Shown here piece after piece: positions 55,101-63,829 of a stretch of DNA of 64,000 nucleotides. The notes under the pieces were generated by a model that did no database searches, was not told the origin of the DNA, and saw nothing but the letters and a program-made list of their open reading frames with translations. The DNA lies in sequence record MN159079.1; one strand, given 5' to 3'. Position numbers and translations under genes: made by a program. Each line of letters opens with the position of its first letter. Position 1 is the first letter of the stretch.

Positions 55101-56550
55101 GATGAACATTTTGACTGACTCCTCGTTCCAAAGCGTGGAAGAGGTTAACCTTGTTCACCAGGTTAAGCAGCAAGAAGAAGTAACATTCGGTGGTTCCTTC
55201 GGTCGTACCGATCAAGCAATGGTTCGTCGTACTCGTGGTCAACTGGATAACTATGCTGGCATCATCTCTGAGGCTGGTAAAGACTCCGGTAAGGTAGGGT
55301 TTATTTCCTACATGACGTCCGATGCAAAGATCGTCGACCTTGCTGGTAACATCGATGTTGACCTTCCTGGCACTCCTGCTGGTCGTGGTTCTATTACCGC
55401 CAACCTGCTTTACGGCACCACTCGAGACGATACCAAGCGTTCTCTCTTTGCTGGTGTACAGCTGAGTCAGTGGATGGCTACTGATAGCTACGGTCCCGTT
55501 CCGCTCCAAACGTCCTATGACACCCAAATCGCTTATCGTACTAGCGAACTCTACTCTTCCGTTGCCAAAGATGACGGTGAAGTCATCGAAGTAACTAAAG
55601 AGGGGATGGTGGTCAAGTACAAGAACGGAAACACCGATCGGTTCTTCTTGGGATATGAGATTGGCAAGGGTGCTGGTGAAAACCACAAACACCTTAAGAT
55701 CACCGACATGAAAGTTGGTGACAAGTTCACCAAGGGCAAAGTCGTTGCTTGGGACAGTATGTTCCTGGCTCGCGATATTCGTGACCCCAACCGCGTTTGT
55801 ACCAAACTCGGGACAATGACACGGATGGCACTCGGTGAAGGTCAATTCACCTTCGAAGACTCGATAGCGATCAGTAAGAACTATGCGCTGAAGAGTACCA
55901 CTCCTTACGTTAAGGAGAACCACTTCGTTGTGAACTATACCGACGTCATCACCATGCATGTTAAGGTGGGTGACAAGGTTGAGTACGCACAGCCTTTGGC
56001 AGATCTGCAAGACCCGACATCCGCAACCTTTAATGATGATAGCATCATGAACGGATTGGATCGTCTGGGGATCAAACAGATCAAGGCTAAACAGGCTGGG
56101 GTAATCACCAAGGTCGAAGTCGTCTACAATGGTGACATTGAGGATGCTGATCCGTCAGTTAAGAAGTTCATCCAGCAACAAGACTCTGTCCGCGGTAAAA
56201 TGGCCAAGTACCGCAACAACACGGCTACCGATGGTAACGTTGGTGGGAACACCTCTGTAGGTAAGAGCAAGGTATACCCTGGTACCGCCTCTGTCTCCAT
56301 TTACATTGAGAACAGTCTCACTACCACCGTCGCGGATAAGTTCGTTGCAGGTAACCAAATGAAGGGTACTGTCGGGTTCATCTACCCCAACCCCATCTAC
56401 ACTGAAGATGGTCGAGAGGTTGATTGGTTCTTCTCCTTGAAGTCCCTTCTGAACCGCATGGTGCTCAGTCTCCGTGATAAGCTTGTTGCTAACGAAGTCA
56501 ATAACGTTTACACGATTCGCATGATCGAGAAATATCCGAGGTATGAATGA
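52192..56550 (+). CDS. Virion RNA polymerase beta subunit, N-terminal/large part (phiKZ gp178-like)
   Basis: 1452 aa; SEAGKDSGKVG, FTFEDSIAIS, DKFVAGNQMKGTV (RpoB GDK...HGNKG equivalent); synteny. Confidence 0.88.
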   Translation: MTETQLALLGLAGNEAIEYNQFVKLFATRERASDVVNPRYQSIGDVMLPRSSVFHYQPKGLKEMGPSNTAPFISNYDRQINMFFNPNYVHDRGAIKMVPLQMSKLEKSYLAGHYNYRRTRQISAVASKPGELLIDNMAPGRLPVVYRRITIQTGFDQAYNELATLMANVGQFSSYNLNQFAEFPLPRAFPSYKLLEFKFEKYMKHFFKRSKDGESLVMEGWDKETLKEFQAESSFWLLDLYGMIMGHGYEQYSLFNRLNEKARSQFNMIFTYNGRCWIVNLQTLINLIGYDDKPSDKKPSAIKIAYFKRFYLSLISLVTPITQETPEVSNDEHVVEEDAESEPASVGDQGKNTNVDNRSGGGSLDDLYKKPVDAKSVGKGQPSDVEPTPVGSQDGGNNKESEGAGSNSDGAGDATDGTEWGTDIPDEVFERATVEQAEVVAADSSYGPTVTADRILQRLARQGQLTTKELKYYTDISRSYKDIEFGGRTLEEIVDIKYSDLELKPEKIGTDSVLVADKSVQQSRTQQFVNGYTKEYLERDIINMILGVQNGGTALVDFDRETTITAESKYDVYKLRLQPVEGGALTTRPFRIPKVDDDGTLFMGGVKIYCQNLRVDIPVRKISPTKVSLSSYYDKKIMIERSPYKVNDFAAWLKAAILNKSRVDKSLVVTLGGQKADQKEVCWYYSVLASRFKEIQFGNYHFKFDTKSLIGDNKAWGKLCNAETWVIGVEGDKPVLIDSSGLISVEGEERGYIEEILGLEIFKAPIPNCTVNINGFMFPIIAVLSYWVGFSEVMKRLKPVYRSIEPGVRPQLSADEYMVQLADERLVFNRRDEFATLIFSGLENMPGTKNFARSQLDDPNVWFSIISNDKVKPSHFSEMGLIYDMFIDPITARELERRKYPLVMDQLLMAAAKLLLSNEASHEVEITEQRFVGTERIPGHVYREFVKSTRQMRNKPGKKKTFDLNPETIMMNILTDSSFQSVEEVNLVHQVKQQEEVTFGGSFGRTDQAMVRRTRGQLDNYAGIISEAGKDSGKVGFISYMTSDAKIVDLAGNIDVDLPGTPAGRGSITANLLYGTTRDDTKRSLFAGVQLSQWMATDSYGPVPLQTSYDTQIAYRTSELYSSVAKDDGEVIEVTKEGMVVKYKNGNTDRFFLGYEIGKGAGENHKHLKITDMKVGDKFTKGKVVAWDSMFLARDIRDPNRVCTKLGTMTRMALGEGQFTFEDSIAISKNYALKSTTPYVKENHFVVNYTDVITMHVKVGDKVEYAQPLADLQDPTSATFNDDSIMNGLDRLGIKQIKAKQAGVITKVEVVYNGDIEDADPSVKKFIQQQDSVRGKMAKYRNNTATDGNVGGNTSVGKSKVYPGTASVSIYIENSLTTTVADKFVAGNQMKGTVGFIYPNPIYTEDGREVDWFFSLKSLLNRMVLSLRDKLVANEVNNVYTIRMIEKYPRYE

Positions 56551-57419
56551 ACAACAACCGTGAAGTCTTTGGACTGAAAAGTATCCAAAGCTTGATGCGG
56601 GAAGTTGGTCTTTATGGAGGGCGCATCGACGCCCTCTTTGGACCGTCCTGTGTCAACGCAATGAAAGCCCTGGTGGCTAATGCAAATCCGTCCTACAACC
56701 CGATTGTAGCCGTTCCTACTTATGACGCTACCGATGTATTCAAGTGGGTACAGGAATACCTTGTACGCGCTGGCAAGACCCCTAACGGGTTTGCCGTAGA
56801 TGGTAAGTGGGGTAGTGGTACCGAAGGTGAACTCGGTAAACTCTGTAACATGTACGCTGAAGCGCATTCGCTTCCTTTCTATAGCTACGCTTGGACCGCT
56901 CACCCCAGGATCACTCCTGAGATGGTCGCGAAGGTAGAAGCATGGATGGTGAAGTGGGGTAAGCCCAAAGAACACGTCAACTATTTGTTCAGTTGTATGG
57001 CACTGGAAACAGGTCGTACTTTTGACGCTTCTATCAAGAACAAGCATTCCGGTGCTGTTGGACTGATCCAGTTTATGCCCGGTCCTAATGGTTCCGCTGT
57101 TGATCTCGGAACCACCACCGATGCCTTGGCGAAGATGACCGAGGTTGACCAGCTGGACTATGTCTTCAAATACTTTGAAAAGTACGGGTACATCAAGAAG
57201 TGTGCTCGACTGGAAGACTACTACCTCACCATTTTCTATCCTGCCCATGTCGGTAAAGACCCCAACATCAAAGTTGGCGTGGAAGGAACCAAACTCTATA
57301 GTCAGAACTCTGGTTTTGACCGTGAGAAGAAAGGGTTCTACACCGTCGGTGATATCGCTTTCGCGATTACCGAATTCTACTGGGAAGGTATGGATCCGAA
57401 GAAACGTACCATTAAGTAA
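56547..57419 (+). CDS. Modular endolysin: peptidoglycan-binding domain(s) + lytic transglycosylase (SLT-like)
   Basis: GRIDALFGPSCVNAM and VDGKWGSGT PG-binding repeats; CMALETG (catalytic Glu), SGAVGLIQFMP, QLDYV. Confidence 0.85.
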   Translation: MNNNREVFGLKSIQSLMREVGLYGGRIDALFGPSCVNAMKALVANANPSYNPIVAVPTYDATDVFKWVQEYLVRAGKTPNGFAVDGKWGSGTEGELGKLCNMYAEAHSLPFYSYAWTAHPRITPEMVAKVEAWMVKWGKPKEHVNYLFSCMALETGRTFDASIKNKHSGAVGLIQFMPGPNGSAVDLGTTTDALAKMTEVDQLDYVFKYFEKYGYIKKCARLEDYYLTIFYPAHVGKDPNIKVGVEGTKLYSQNSGFDREKKGFYTVGDIAFAITEFYWEGMDPKKRTIK

Positions 57420-57428
57420 GGAATTCAC

Positions 57429-57596
57429 ATGTCCAAGCTGTTCGTCGACAACGTAACTACGCTGTCGAACCTCTACGAAGTCATTGCAGGAACGCTCCAG
57501 CAAGTTGGCTACGAATACCAAGCCCCTCTGTCTCCGGCAGAGGAACAGGAAGTGATCTCTCGTCAGATCAAAAACAAAGTTCTGAGTGAGGACTAA
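57429..57596 (+). CDS. 55-aa hypothetical protein (below the ORF track cutoff)
   Basis: AAGGA RBS; MSKLFVDNVTTLSNLYEVIAGTLQQVGYEYQAPLSPAEEQEVISRQIKNKVLSED; fills the gap exactly. Confidence 0.7.
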   Translation: MSKLFVDNVTTLSNLYEVIAGTLQQVGYEYQAPLSPAEEQEVISRQIKNKVLSED

Positions 57597-57598
57597 TA

Positions 57599-59107
57599 AT
57601 GATCCGTCAATCAACCATTCTGGCGATGACCCCTATCGCCATGGAACTCTCCAACAAAAACATCGATTTGTCTGATAAGGTTGGCGACATCATCAAAGGT
57701 CTGAACGATGTTTCTGCTGGCGCTGCCGCCATGACTGAAGACAACGTTGCCGTGAACCTTCCCGAAGCTGCCGATGATGGCGATCACTCCATGATCCAGG
57801 CCGAGGTCAACGCTCGACTCGCTGCGGTTATCCGCGCAAGTATGGGTGTGATCAGCAACTGTGTCAAACCGATCCTGAAGGACGCTGACCGTCTGATCTC
57901 CAACTGTATCGGTGAAGGCGGTGCTCTCGATGCAGCACTCTCCCAGATCCGTATCGACATGACCAACATGGAACCGGCGTTCCTGGCTTCTGGGATGTGT
58001 CCCTCTGAAGTTCCCGCTTCTTTCGCCCAGAACCCCACCATCAATGTGAACAACATTATTAAGGGTAACTGGCCGCGTATCGAAGACGCTCACGAAGTGT
58101 ATAAGTTGATCGACGTTGACGTTGACGTTATCAACCCGTTCCTGACTGATCCGGACGAAATCAAGAAAGTCTATAACGACTTCTTCGCCGACAAGTACTA
58201 CTGGACCATCTTCGAAAGCCGTGTTCGTGAAGGTGACGTGGTGAACGTCCTGAACCCGCACCACTACAAGTTCAGTTCTTTCCGTTCGATGGTTATCCTG
58301 TCCCTGCTGGTCAACAAGTTCCGTTCCATGGACGATCCGTTCGATGGCGTGATGGGTGTCTCCCTGGAAGACTACCGTGCCAACCTGAACTTCCTCCGTG
58401 ACCTGACCAACACAGTTCTGGCTCGTTTCCGCTTTGTATGGCTGGATCGCGCCAAGGCTGGTCTGGTGATCATCGATGAAGACGTCAAGGTAGCTCCGGC
58501 TACTTTCGGACCGCTGGAAGGTATCGAGACTGTTCAAGGTACCATCCGGATTGGTTATAACAATTCCATGTTGGAAGTGTTCGCCAATAAGGAAGAAGAG
58601 TCCATCATCGACTACGCCCTGGGTTATGCTTACGCCAAGTACCGTGGTTACAAGGTACGTGATGTCATCACTGATGGCGACGTTGTCGTAAGTGCGTACA
58701 AGGAGTACATTCACGGTATCTCTGCCGCCATGACCGTTAACGCGGACAAGCAGGGTCGTGAAGCATTCCTGACAGCCTGCCGTAACTTCTCCACTGATGA
58801 GAAGAACAAGGGTTACCTGGAAGTCATCAAATCTGATGTTCCTCTGAGCAATCGCATTGCGGTGGCTGTCAACTCCAGGATCAACCTGGAAGGTTTCTTC
58901 ACTGAATACCTGGTGAACGGGATTGCTCGTGGCGAGCGTTCCACCATGGGTACTGCTCTGGCAGTGGAGTTGGCTGAGATCTTTGGTTCTCCCATCGCCG
59001 CCGAGATTCTGAAGAACAACATGGGTGGTACTCCTGCCTCCATCGAACAGCAGCGGAAAATCCTGACTGGTTCTATCGTTGCTGCAATCCTCAAGCGACT
59101 GGTGTAA
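57599..59107 (+). CDS. Putative head-associated protein (phiKZ gp177 position)
   Basis: 502 aa, strong codon bias, synteny between vRNAP beta and the protease. Confidence 0.6.
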   Translation: MIRQSTILAMTPIAMELSNKNIDLSDKVGDIIKGLNDVSAGAAAMTEDNVAVNLPEAADDGDHSMIQAEVNARLAAVIRASMGVISNCVKPILKDADRLISNCIGEGGALDAALSQIRIDMTNMEPAFLASGMCPSEVPASFAQNPTINVNNIIKGNWPRIEDAHEVYKLIDVDVDVINPFLTDPDEIKKVYNDFFADKYYWTIFESRVREGDVVNVLNPHHYKFSSFRSMVILSLLVNKFRSMDDPFDGVMGVSLEDYRANLNFLRDLTNTVLARFRFVWLDRAKAGLVIIDEDVKVAPATFGPLEGIETVQGTIRIGYNNSMLEVFANKEEESIIDYALGYAYAKYRGYKVRDVITDGDVVVSAYKEYIHGISAAMTVNADKQGREAFLTACRNFSTDEKNKGYLEVIKSDVPLSNRIAVAVNSRINLEGFFTEYLVNGIARGERSTMGTALAVELAEIFGSPIAAEILKNNMGGTPASIEQQRKILTGSIVAAILKRLV

Positions 59108-59110
59108 TAC

Positions 59111-59860
59111 GTGATCGATATCACTACTCTTAAACATGATCGAGGACTGCCTAGCGCAGTCCTCAAACTCATGCCTGATGGCTCCGCTGTCGCTACCAAG
59201 CGATTGAAGTGTTGTATACCCAAGAACTGGGAGCGGAGTAATCTTGCTGAGATCGCTGACGTTGTAACGACTATTCTGATGGTGGGTTTGATCTGTGACG
59301 GTAAGTATGCAATGCTGGGTGGAATGACTCGCATTGTTATGAAACCGGGTGAGATCGATGAAATCTCTATCGGTGGTACTCGGTACTACATCTTTGATTT
59401 CGAGCCGGGTGAAGTGGTTATCGAGAACATGACCATTCCTCAGGACAGCAACATCGGATATTACTACTACCTCGAGTTCACCAAATATGCTCGACTGCCG
59501 TGGTATTGTTCCGAGGCCAGTTTGCTCGCCGTTTACGACGCAGCAAAGTTCTACACTGGCAAAGGGTTTGGGACCAGTAACCAATGTATCCGGGTTTTGT
59601 ACGCACTTGTAATGCGTGATCCCAACAACCTGGATTTGCCATTCCGTTACTCCCCTGATTTAAACAAAGGTGGGAAACCGAAAATCATCGGTATCAACAA
59701 CCCGGGTCAACTGCTCAACAGTACCTTCTCTCGTCTCTCGTCTGGTTATATGGCTGATAACATCATCGGTGGTATCCTCAACCCTGATACGAAGGTTACT
59801 GAGCTTGAAGAAGTAATCCGTGGTCTTCCTGCCGAACTGAGAGACAATAGCAATGTCTGA
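59111..59860 (+). CDS. phiKZ gp176-like protein (candidate additional vRNAP subunit)
   Basis: GTG start, 249 aa, immediately upstream of the prohead protease; assignment by synteny only. Confidence 0.5.
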   Translation: MIDITTLKHDRGLPSAVLKLMPDGSAVATKRLKCCIPKNWERSNLAEIADVVTTILMVGLICDGKYAMLGGMTRIVMKPGEIDEISIGGTRYYIFDFEPGEVVIENMTIPQDSNIGYYYYLEFTKYARLPWYCSEASLLAVYDAAKFYTGKGFGTSNQCIRVLYALVMRDPNNLDLPFRYSPDLNKGGKPKIIGINNPGQLLNSTFSRLSSGYMADNIIGGILNPDTKVTELEEVIRGLPAELRDNSNV

Positions 59861-60698
59861 AATTAGTTTCGGAAATATCATCCTGGCTAACAGCGGTAAA
59901 CAGGGCATACTGAAACCCGACGCTACCGGTCGTTATCTGTTGAATGCTGGCGGGTTCAATATCGCCAATGCTAGCGGGATTAACTATCCCGCTAACCAAT
60001 ACATCGTCTCCCAGATGGACAAGAACTCCGACCTGATGCGTCGTGTCAGTCAGGGTTATTGCAAGATGGAAGTTGAACATCCGGAACCTTTCGTTTATGT
60101 GGAAGAGAACGGTGTTCGCTACAAGAAAGCAATGACTTCCATTCTGGAGTGGATCAACCGGCTCCGTAGCTACGATCCTGATCGTATTTGCGGGCTCATC
60201 AGTGAGATCTCCTTCCGTCCCACAGATCCCAACGATCTGACCAAGCCGATCTACAACATGATCTACTGTGAACCCTTCGGTCCCCGTGGACCTGAGTTCA
60301 AAGAGTCGCTGAACAACCCCCGTCACAACACGGCCGTTTCCATCCGTACTCAGGTTTCTCCTTTCCGTCCTGGTGACAACAAGAAAGAAGTTGAGTACTG
60401 GGTTGGTTATGACTGGGTCGGTGAACCTGGTATGGTTCATGCCAACAAGCACATGACTGCTGGTTGTGAATCGCTGATCCTCAATCTGAACGACAACGTA
60501 CAGAAGTTCAAGGTCGCTGACGTTCTGGATGCAATGGAAGAGATGTTCACCGATGCCACCGCTAATGCTGAAGCTCTGGAGCGGGTTGGTGGTATGGAGT
60601 CTCTCAATGCCATGCGTGAAATGCACAACCGTCTGAAACAGAATTACCGCACAGGCGAAACTGTTCGGATGGGCGCCAGCTTTGCCGATATCTTCTAA
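59853..60698 (+). CDS. Prohead protease (phiKZ gp175 / T4 gp21-like)
   Basis: GILKPDATG.Y, EVEHP (His), PFGPRG, AVSIRT (Ser), YDWVGEPG. Confidence 0.8.
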   Translation: MSEISFGNIILANSGKQGILKPDATGRYLLNAGGFNIANASGINYPANQYIVSQMDKNSDLMRRVSQGYCKMEVEHPEPFVYVEENGVRYKKAMTSILEWINRLRSYDPDRICGLISEISFRPTDPNDLTKPIYNMIYCEPFGPRGPEFKESLNNPRHNTAVSIRTQVSPFRPGDNKKEVEYWVGYDWVGEPGMVHANKHMTAGCESLILNLNDNVQKFKVADVLDAMEEMFTDATANAEALERVGGMESLNAMREMHNRLKQNYRTGETVRMGASFADIF

Positions 60699-60708
60699 TG
60701 CCTAAATT

Positions 60709-60742
60709 GAGTAACCAGGGCTTCGGTCCTGGTTACTCTTTT
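60709..60742 (+). terminator. Intrinsic terminator
   Basis: GAGTAACCAGGGC-TTCG-GTCCTGGTTACTC-TTTT. Confidence 0.88.
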
Positions 60743-60801
60743 CTTTTGTACTCAACTGTTATTATATTGTTAAGCAATCGTCATCAACCAAGGAAATAGA
60801 A

Positions 60802-61374
60802 ATGAACTTTGACCACCTTCGTATTTACACGCAACTCCGCGCACTGATCCAAACTGCGTACACTATCAAGAACACCCGTGCCGCTATGGTCTCCACTTGG
60901 GATGAACTCAAGGACGCCGAAGGTAAGGAAATCATCGTGGAACAGTACATGACCAGGGCGAAAGCTCAGTTGGTTCAGATGTACGCACGTCGTCTGATGA
61001 AGTACATGGAAAGCATCGCCAACCTGGACGTCATCCCGATGACCACCGAAGATGTCAAAATCGGTAATTGGCGTGTGGACTCCATCATCATCCAACTGGC
61101 CAGTAACGAGATCAAAGATCACGACCACATGTTCCAGCTGATGATGACCAACATCTATGGTGTCACGACCAAGATGTTCGATTTCATCGACTCTGGTTTC
61201 AAACTGGAGAAATTGCTGGACCTCATGTCTAAGCAATACCTCTCCAGCTTCGAAGAGCTCAATGACGAGTCCTTTGAAGTAACTGAGGAATGGGCTGAAG
61301 ATCTCATCAAGGCGTTCATCAACGGTGAGCTCCAGGATCCTGGTTTCAAGTTGCTTTCTTTGACTAAGAAGTAA
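60802..61374 (+). CDS. Hypothetical protein
   Basis: AAGGA RBS, 190 aa, strong codon bias. Confidence 0.8.
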   Translation: MNFDHLRIYTQLRALIQTAYTIKNTRAAMVSTWDELKDAEGKEIIVEQYMTRAKAQLVQMYARRLMKYMESIANLDVIPMTTEDVKIGNWRVDSIIIQLASNEIKDHDHMFQLMMTNIYGVTTKMFDFIDSGFKLEKLLDLMSKQYLSSFEELNDESFEVTEEWAEDLIKAFINGELQDPGFKLLSLTKK

Positions 61375-61384
61375 TAACCACTAC

Positions 61385-61417
61385 TAGAACTAGGAACCCA
61401 CTGGGTTCCTAGTTCTA
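61385..61417 (+). terminator. Intrinsic terminator
   Basis: TAGAACTAGGAACCC-ACT-GGGTTCCTAGTTCTA-TTTT. Confidence 0.85.
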
Positions 61418-61444
61418 TTTTATTTGGTCTATTTATTTTCGGAT

Positions 61445-61460
61445 ATACATTATTAACATG
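61445..61460 (+). promoter_or_regulatory. Putative phage early promoter, copy 9 (degenerate)
   Basis: ATACATTATTAACATG after the terminator. Confidence 0.45.
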
Positions 61461-61529
61461 AGCATAGAGCATTGAACAACCGCGGACCACTTCCGGTAAA
61501 ACTCTTGTCTCTTTTAAAGGAGAAACAAT

Positions 61530-62588
61530 ATGTTTAACGACTACTACGGATTTCGCACTTCCATTAATGGCGGTGTGACATTCACCATCACCCCGCTAGG
61601 GGATAGACAGTATCTGGAATTCCATCTTCGGGATTTGGATACTGGTGAAATGAAAGTATCCAGGATGAACCTCACCGCCGAGTCCGGTGGAACACTTTGT
61701 TCACTTCTGCTTCGGATGATGACCCATATGGAAAGTGGGGGTGGAAAGAAGACCTTCAAGTGGGATGGTTCTATTCCATTAGTGTTTGTTTACGAAATAG
61801 GTATTGGGATACGGATCTGCGCAGATGGGAAACATTATGTGTTCCTGTCTGGTAACAAGAACTTGTTGCTGCGTGGATTGGAAACAATCGGTGAGATGAC
61901 GGAAGCGTGTGTCAAGAAAGACTATGACTACGCCCAGCATATCGCCTATTGTTACAGGTTACTCCCGAACTATGTGGATCAGGTATTCGAACAACAAGAA
62001 TCCCGGGTCCGGATGGTTCACAATACCAGGTTCGGTTTCGACATCTGTCACGAAGACAAGCAAGGTAGCTTCCGGCTTTCCTTTGGTGGGAAACGTCTTG
62101 ATGTTATCGAGATCCACGAAATGATAGTTGCAATCATCAAGTTAACCTGTAGCGTTAACGATGGTAAAACAATCAACATCGGAAAGTACATCTTTACCAA
62201 CCTCGATACAGAGAGCGGGGATCGTTACATTGGAATTTTCCGTAATGCGATTCACGTTTCTTGTCGTGCCAAGATGTTACTGGTGGGCACTGGAGAACTG
62301 GAAGCTATTGTCCAATCTCTGGGTAACATCATTTTCATGGAGACGACACGTCGTGGAAGTGATAGTAAAGAACTGGCTCGTTTCACCAGAGCAGAGAGCG
62401 AAAACCTGAAGAAGAACGTACAGCGACTGTGCGAGCTTTACAGCGATCGTCACAAATGGACGGACCAAGTTTACACCTGGTTGAGAGAATGCACTACAAT
62501 GAGCTTACAAGAACTCTCAGTGGAGTACGGTGGGGTACAGATCAATCGTAATAGACTGCTCCGTAACAAACCGCTACTCAACAAGTAA
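61530..62588 (+). CDS. Hypothetical protein with repeated beta-beta-beta-alpha-like units
   Basis: AAGGAG RBS, 352 aa. Confidence 0.75.
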   Translation: MFNDYYGFRTSINGGVTFTITPLGDRQYLEFHLRDLDTGEMKVSRMNLTAESGGTLCSLLLRMMTHMESGGGKKTFKWDGSIPLVFVYEIGIGIRICADGKHYVFLSGNKNLLLRGLETIGEMTEACVKKDYDYAQHIAYCYRLLPNYVDQVFEQQESRVRMVHNTRFGFDICHEDKQGSFRLSFGGKRLDVIEIHEMIVAIIKLTCSVNDGKTINIGKYIFTNLDTESGDRYIGIFRNAIHVSCRAKMLLVGTGELEAIVQSLGNIIFMETTRRGSDSKELARFTRAESENLKKNVQRLCELYSDRHKWTDQVYTWLRECTTMSLQELSVEYGGVQINRNRLLRNKPLLNK

Positions 62589-62613
62589 TTTCCTACTCAT
62601 GTAGGGATGAGGT

Positions 62614-62639
62614 GGAGGAACAATTCCGTTCCTCCTTTT
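62614..62639 (+). terminator. Possible terminator
   Basis: GGAGGAAC-AATTCC-GTTCCTCC-TTTT. Confidence 0.6.
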
Positions 62640-62703
62640 CGCAGTGCTACCCCGTAAAACGGATGACTGCATTATTGCCATGGCTAAACGCCTAGGAGTA
62701 ATT

Positions 62704-63687
62704 ATGAACGTTATGAAAATGATTCACGCACCGCTTGACAATCTCGGTGAGTACCACGTCGGGATGTTCCCCGAAGATCCTGAACGAGTCTACTTGATGG
62801 ACTTAAACTTCCACGAACACAATTCCATGGTGATCCATCGCTACACCAAACACGAAATGGGTGAACTCTCAAAGATATTCAAGAGTGTTCTTACCTCCAT
62901 GCAATTTGCAAGGAATGCGACCATCAAGTTCGATGTTGCTGAATACGGCGTATCGGTCATCAAAGGGGCGAGTATCGAGATCCGTAATCTCGAACACGTT
63001 CATCGCCCTAATCTGACAATGAGATTCTGGGGACGGGCGAGTGATAAAGACCCTAGCGGTGAACTCGATTGGTTCTCCCAGACTGAGCGTGCACTACTGG
63101 TCCTTTCTGAAATCTTCGGAGCGATGCACGAGCTTAACGAACCAGGTAAGAAAGGAAAACTCTCGACGGTGATGCGGTTGTTTAAGAAGCATTCGTCAGA
63201 ACATGAACTATCGGAAAAGCAGTTTGTCGATTTCATCGGCGCTACCAGACCAGATAGACGTGAACTGATAAACGACATCATCATGATCGGGCACTCGCTG
63301 AGCGATGGTCCTGTTCACCATTCCGGGTTAACGTTTGCAAGTACCGCTGACCACTATCATCTTGCACTGGATAAAGGAGAACACCTCCCTGCATTGATAA
63401 ATAGTTTCAGTAAAGTAGTCCGGGGTGAAGATGCCGTGGATCACTTCACGGAATACAACGGGGAATATCCCTGGATGTCCCATAGCTTTATGGGTTATTC
63501 TGCAAAGAAAGGGATGCCCGCCTGGAGAGACCGAACTGTCGTTATGGGGTATAACACCTACATGAAGACAGGACGGTTCAGTACTTTGACGAGTGTAGAT
63601 GTACTTGAGTATATTGTTCAAGTACTTATCGAAATTGAGGAACGAGTGAAACGACTAGTCGAACTCTATCCTCCTAAGACCAAGTAG
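62704..63687 (+). CDS. Hypothetical protein (possible paralog of 61530..62588)
   Basis: AGGAG RBS before ATG 62704. Confidence 0.7.
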   Translation: MNVMKMIHAPLDNLGEYHVGMFPEDPERVYLMDLNFHEHNSMVIHRYTKHEMGELSKIFKSVLTSMQFARNATIKFDVAEYGVSVIKGASIEIRNLEHVHRPNLTMRFWGRASDKDPSGELDWFSQTERALLVLSEIFGAMHELNEPGKKGKLSTVMRLFKKHSSEHELSEKQFVDFIGATRPDRRELINDIIMIGHSLSDGPVHHSGLTFASTADHYHLALDKGEHLPALINSFSKVVRGEDAVDHFTEYNGEYPWMSHSFMGYSAKKGMPAWRDRTVVMGYNTYMKTGRFSTLTSVDVLEYIVQVLIEIEERVKRLVELYPPKTK

Positions 63688-63693
63688 TGTGGC

Positions 63694-63719
63694 AGGGTGG
63701 AGACTTCGGTCTCCACCCT
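63694..63719 (+). terminator. Intrinsic terminator
   Basis: AGGGTGGAGAC-TTCG-GTCTCCACCCT. Confidence 0.8.
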
Positions 63720-63759
63720 ATAAACCTTTATTATTTCTTTGCTCTATATCTTTTCAAAT

Positions 63760-63775
63760 CGATATTATTAAGGTG
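63760..63775 (+). promoter_or_regulatory. Putative phage early promoter, copy 10
   Basis: TATCTTTTCAAAT-CGATATTATTAAGGTG. Confidence 0.65.
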
Positions 63776-63829
63776 TATGCAAGGCCATATAAATTAACTA
63801 ATCTTCAACAATGACTAGAGGAAATACCC

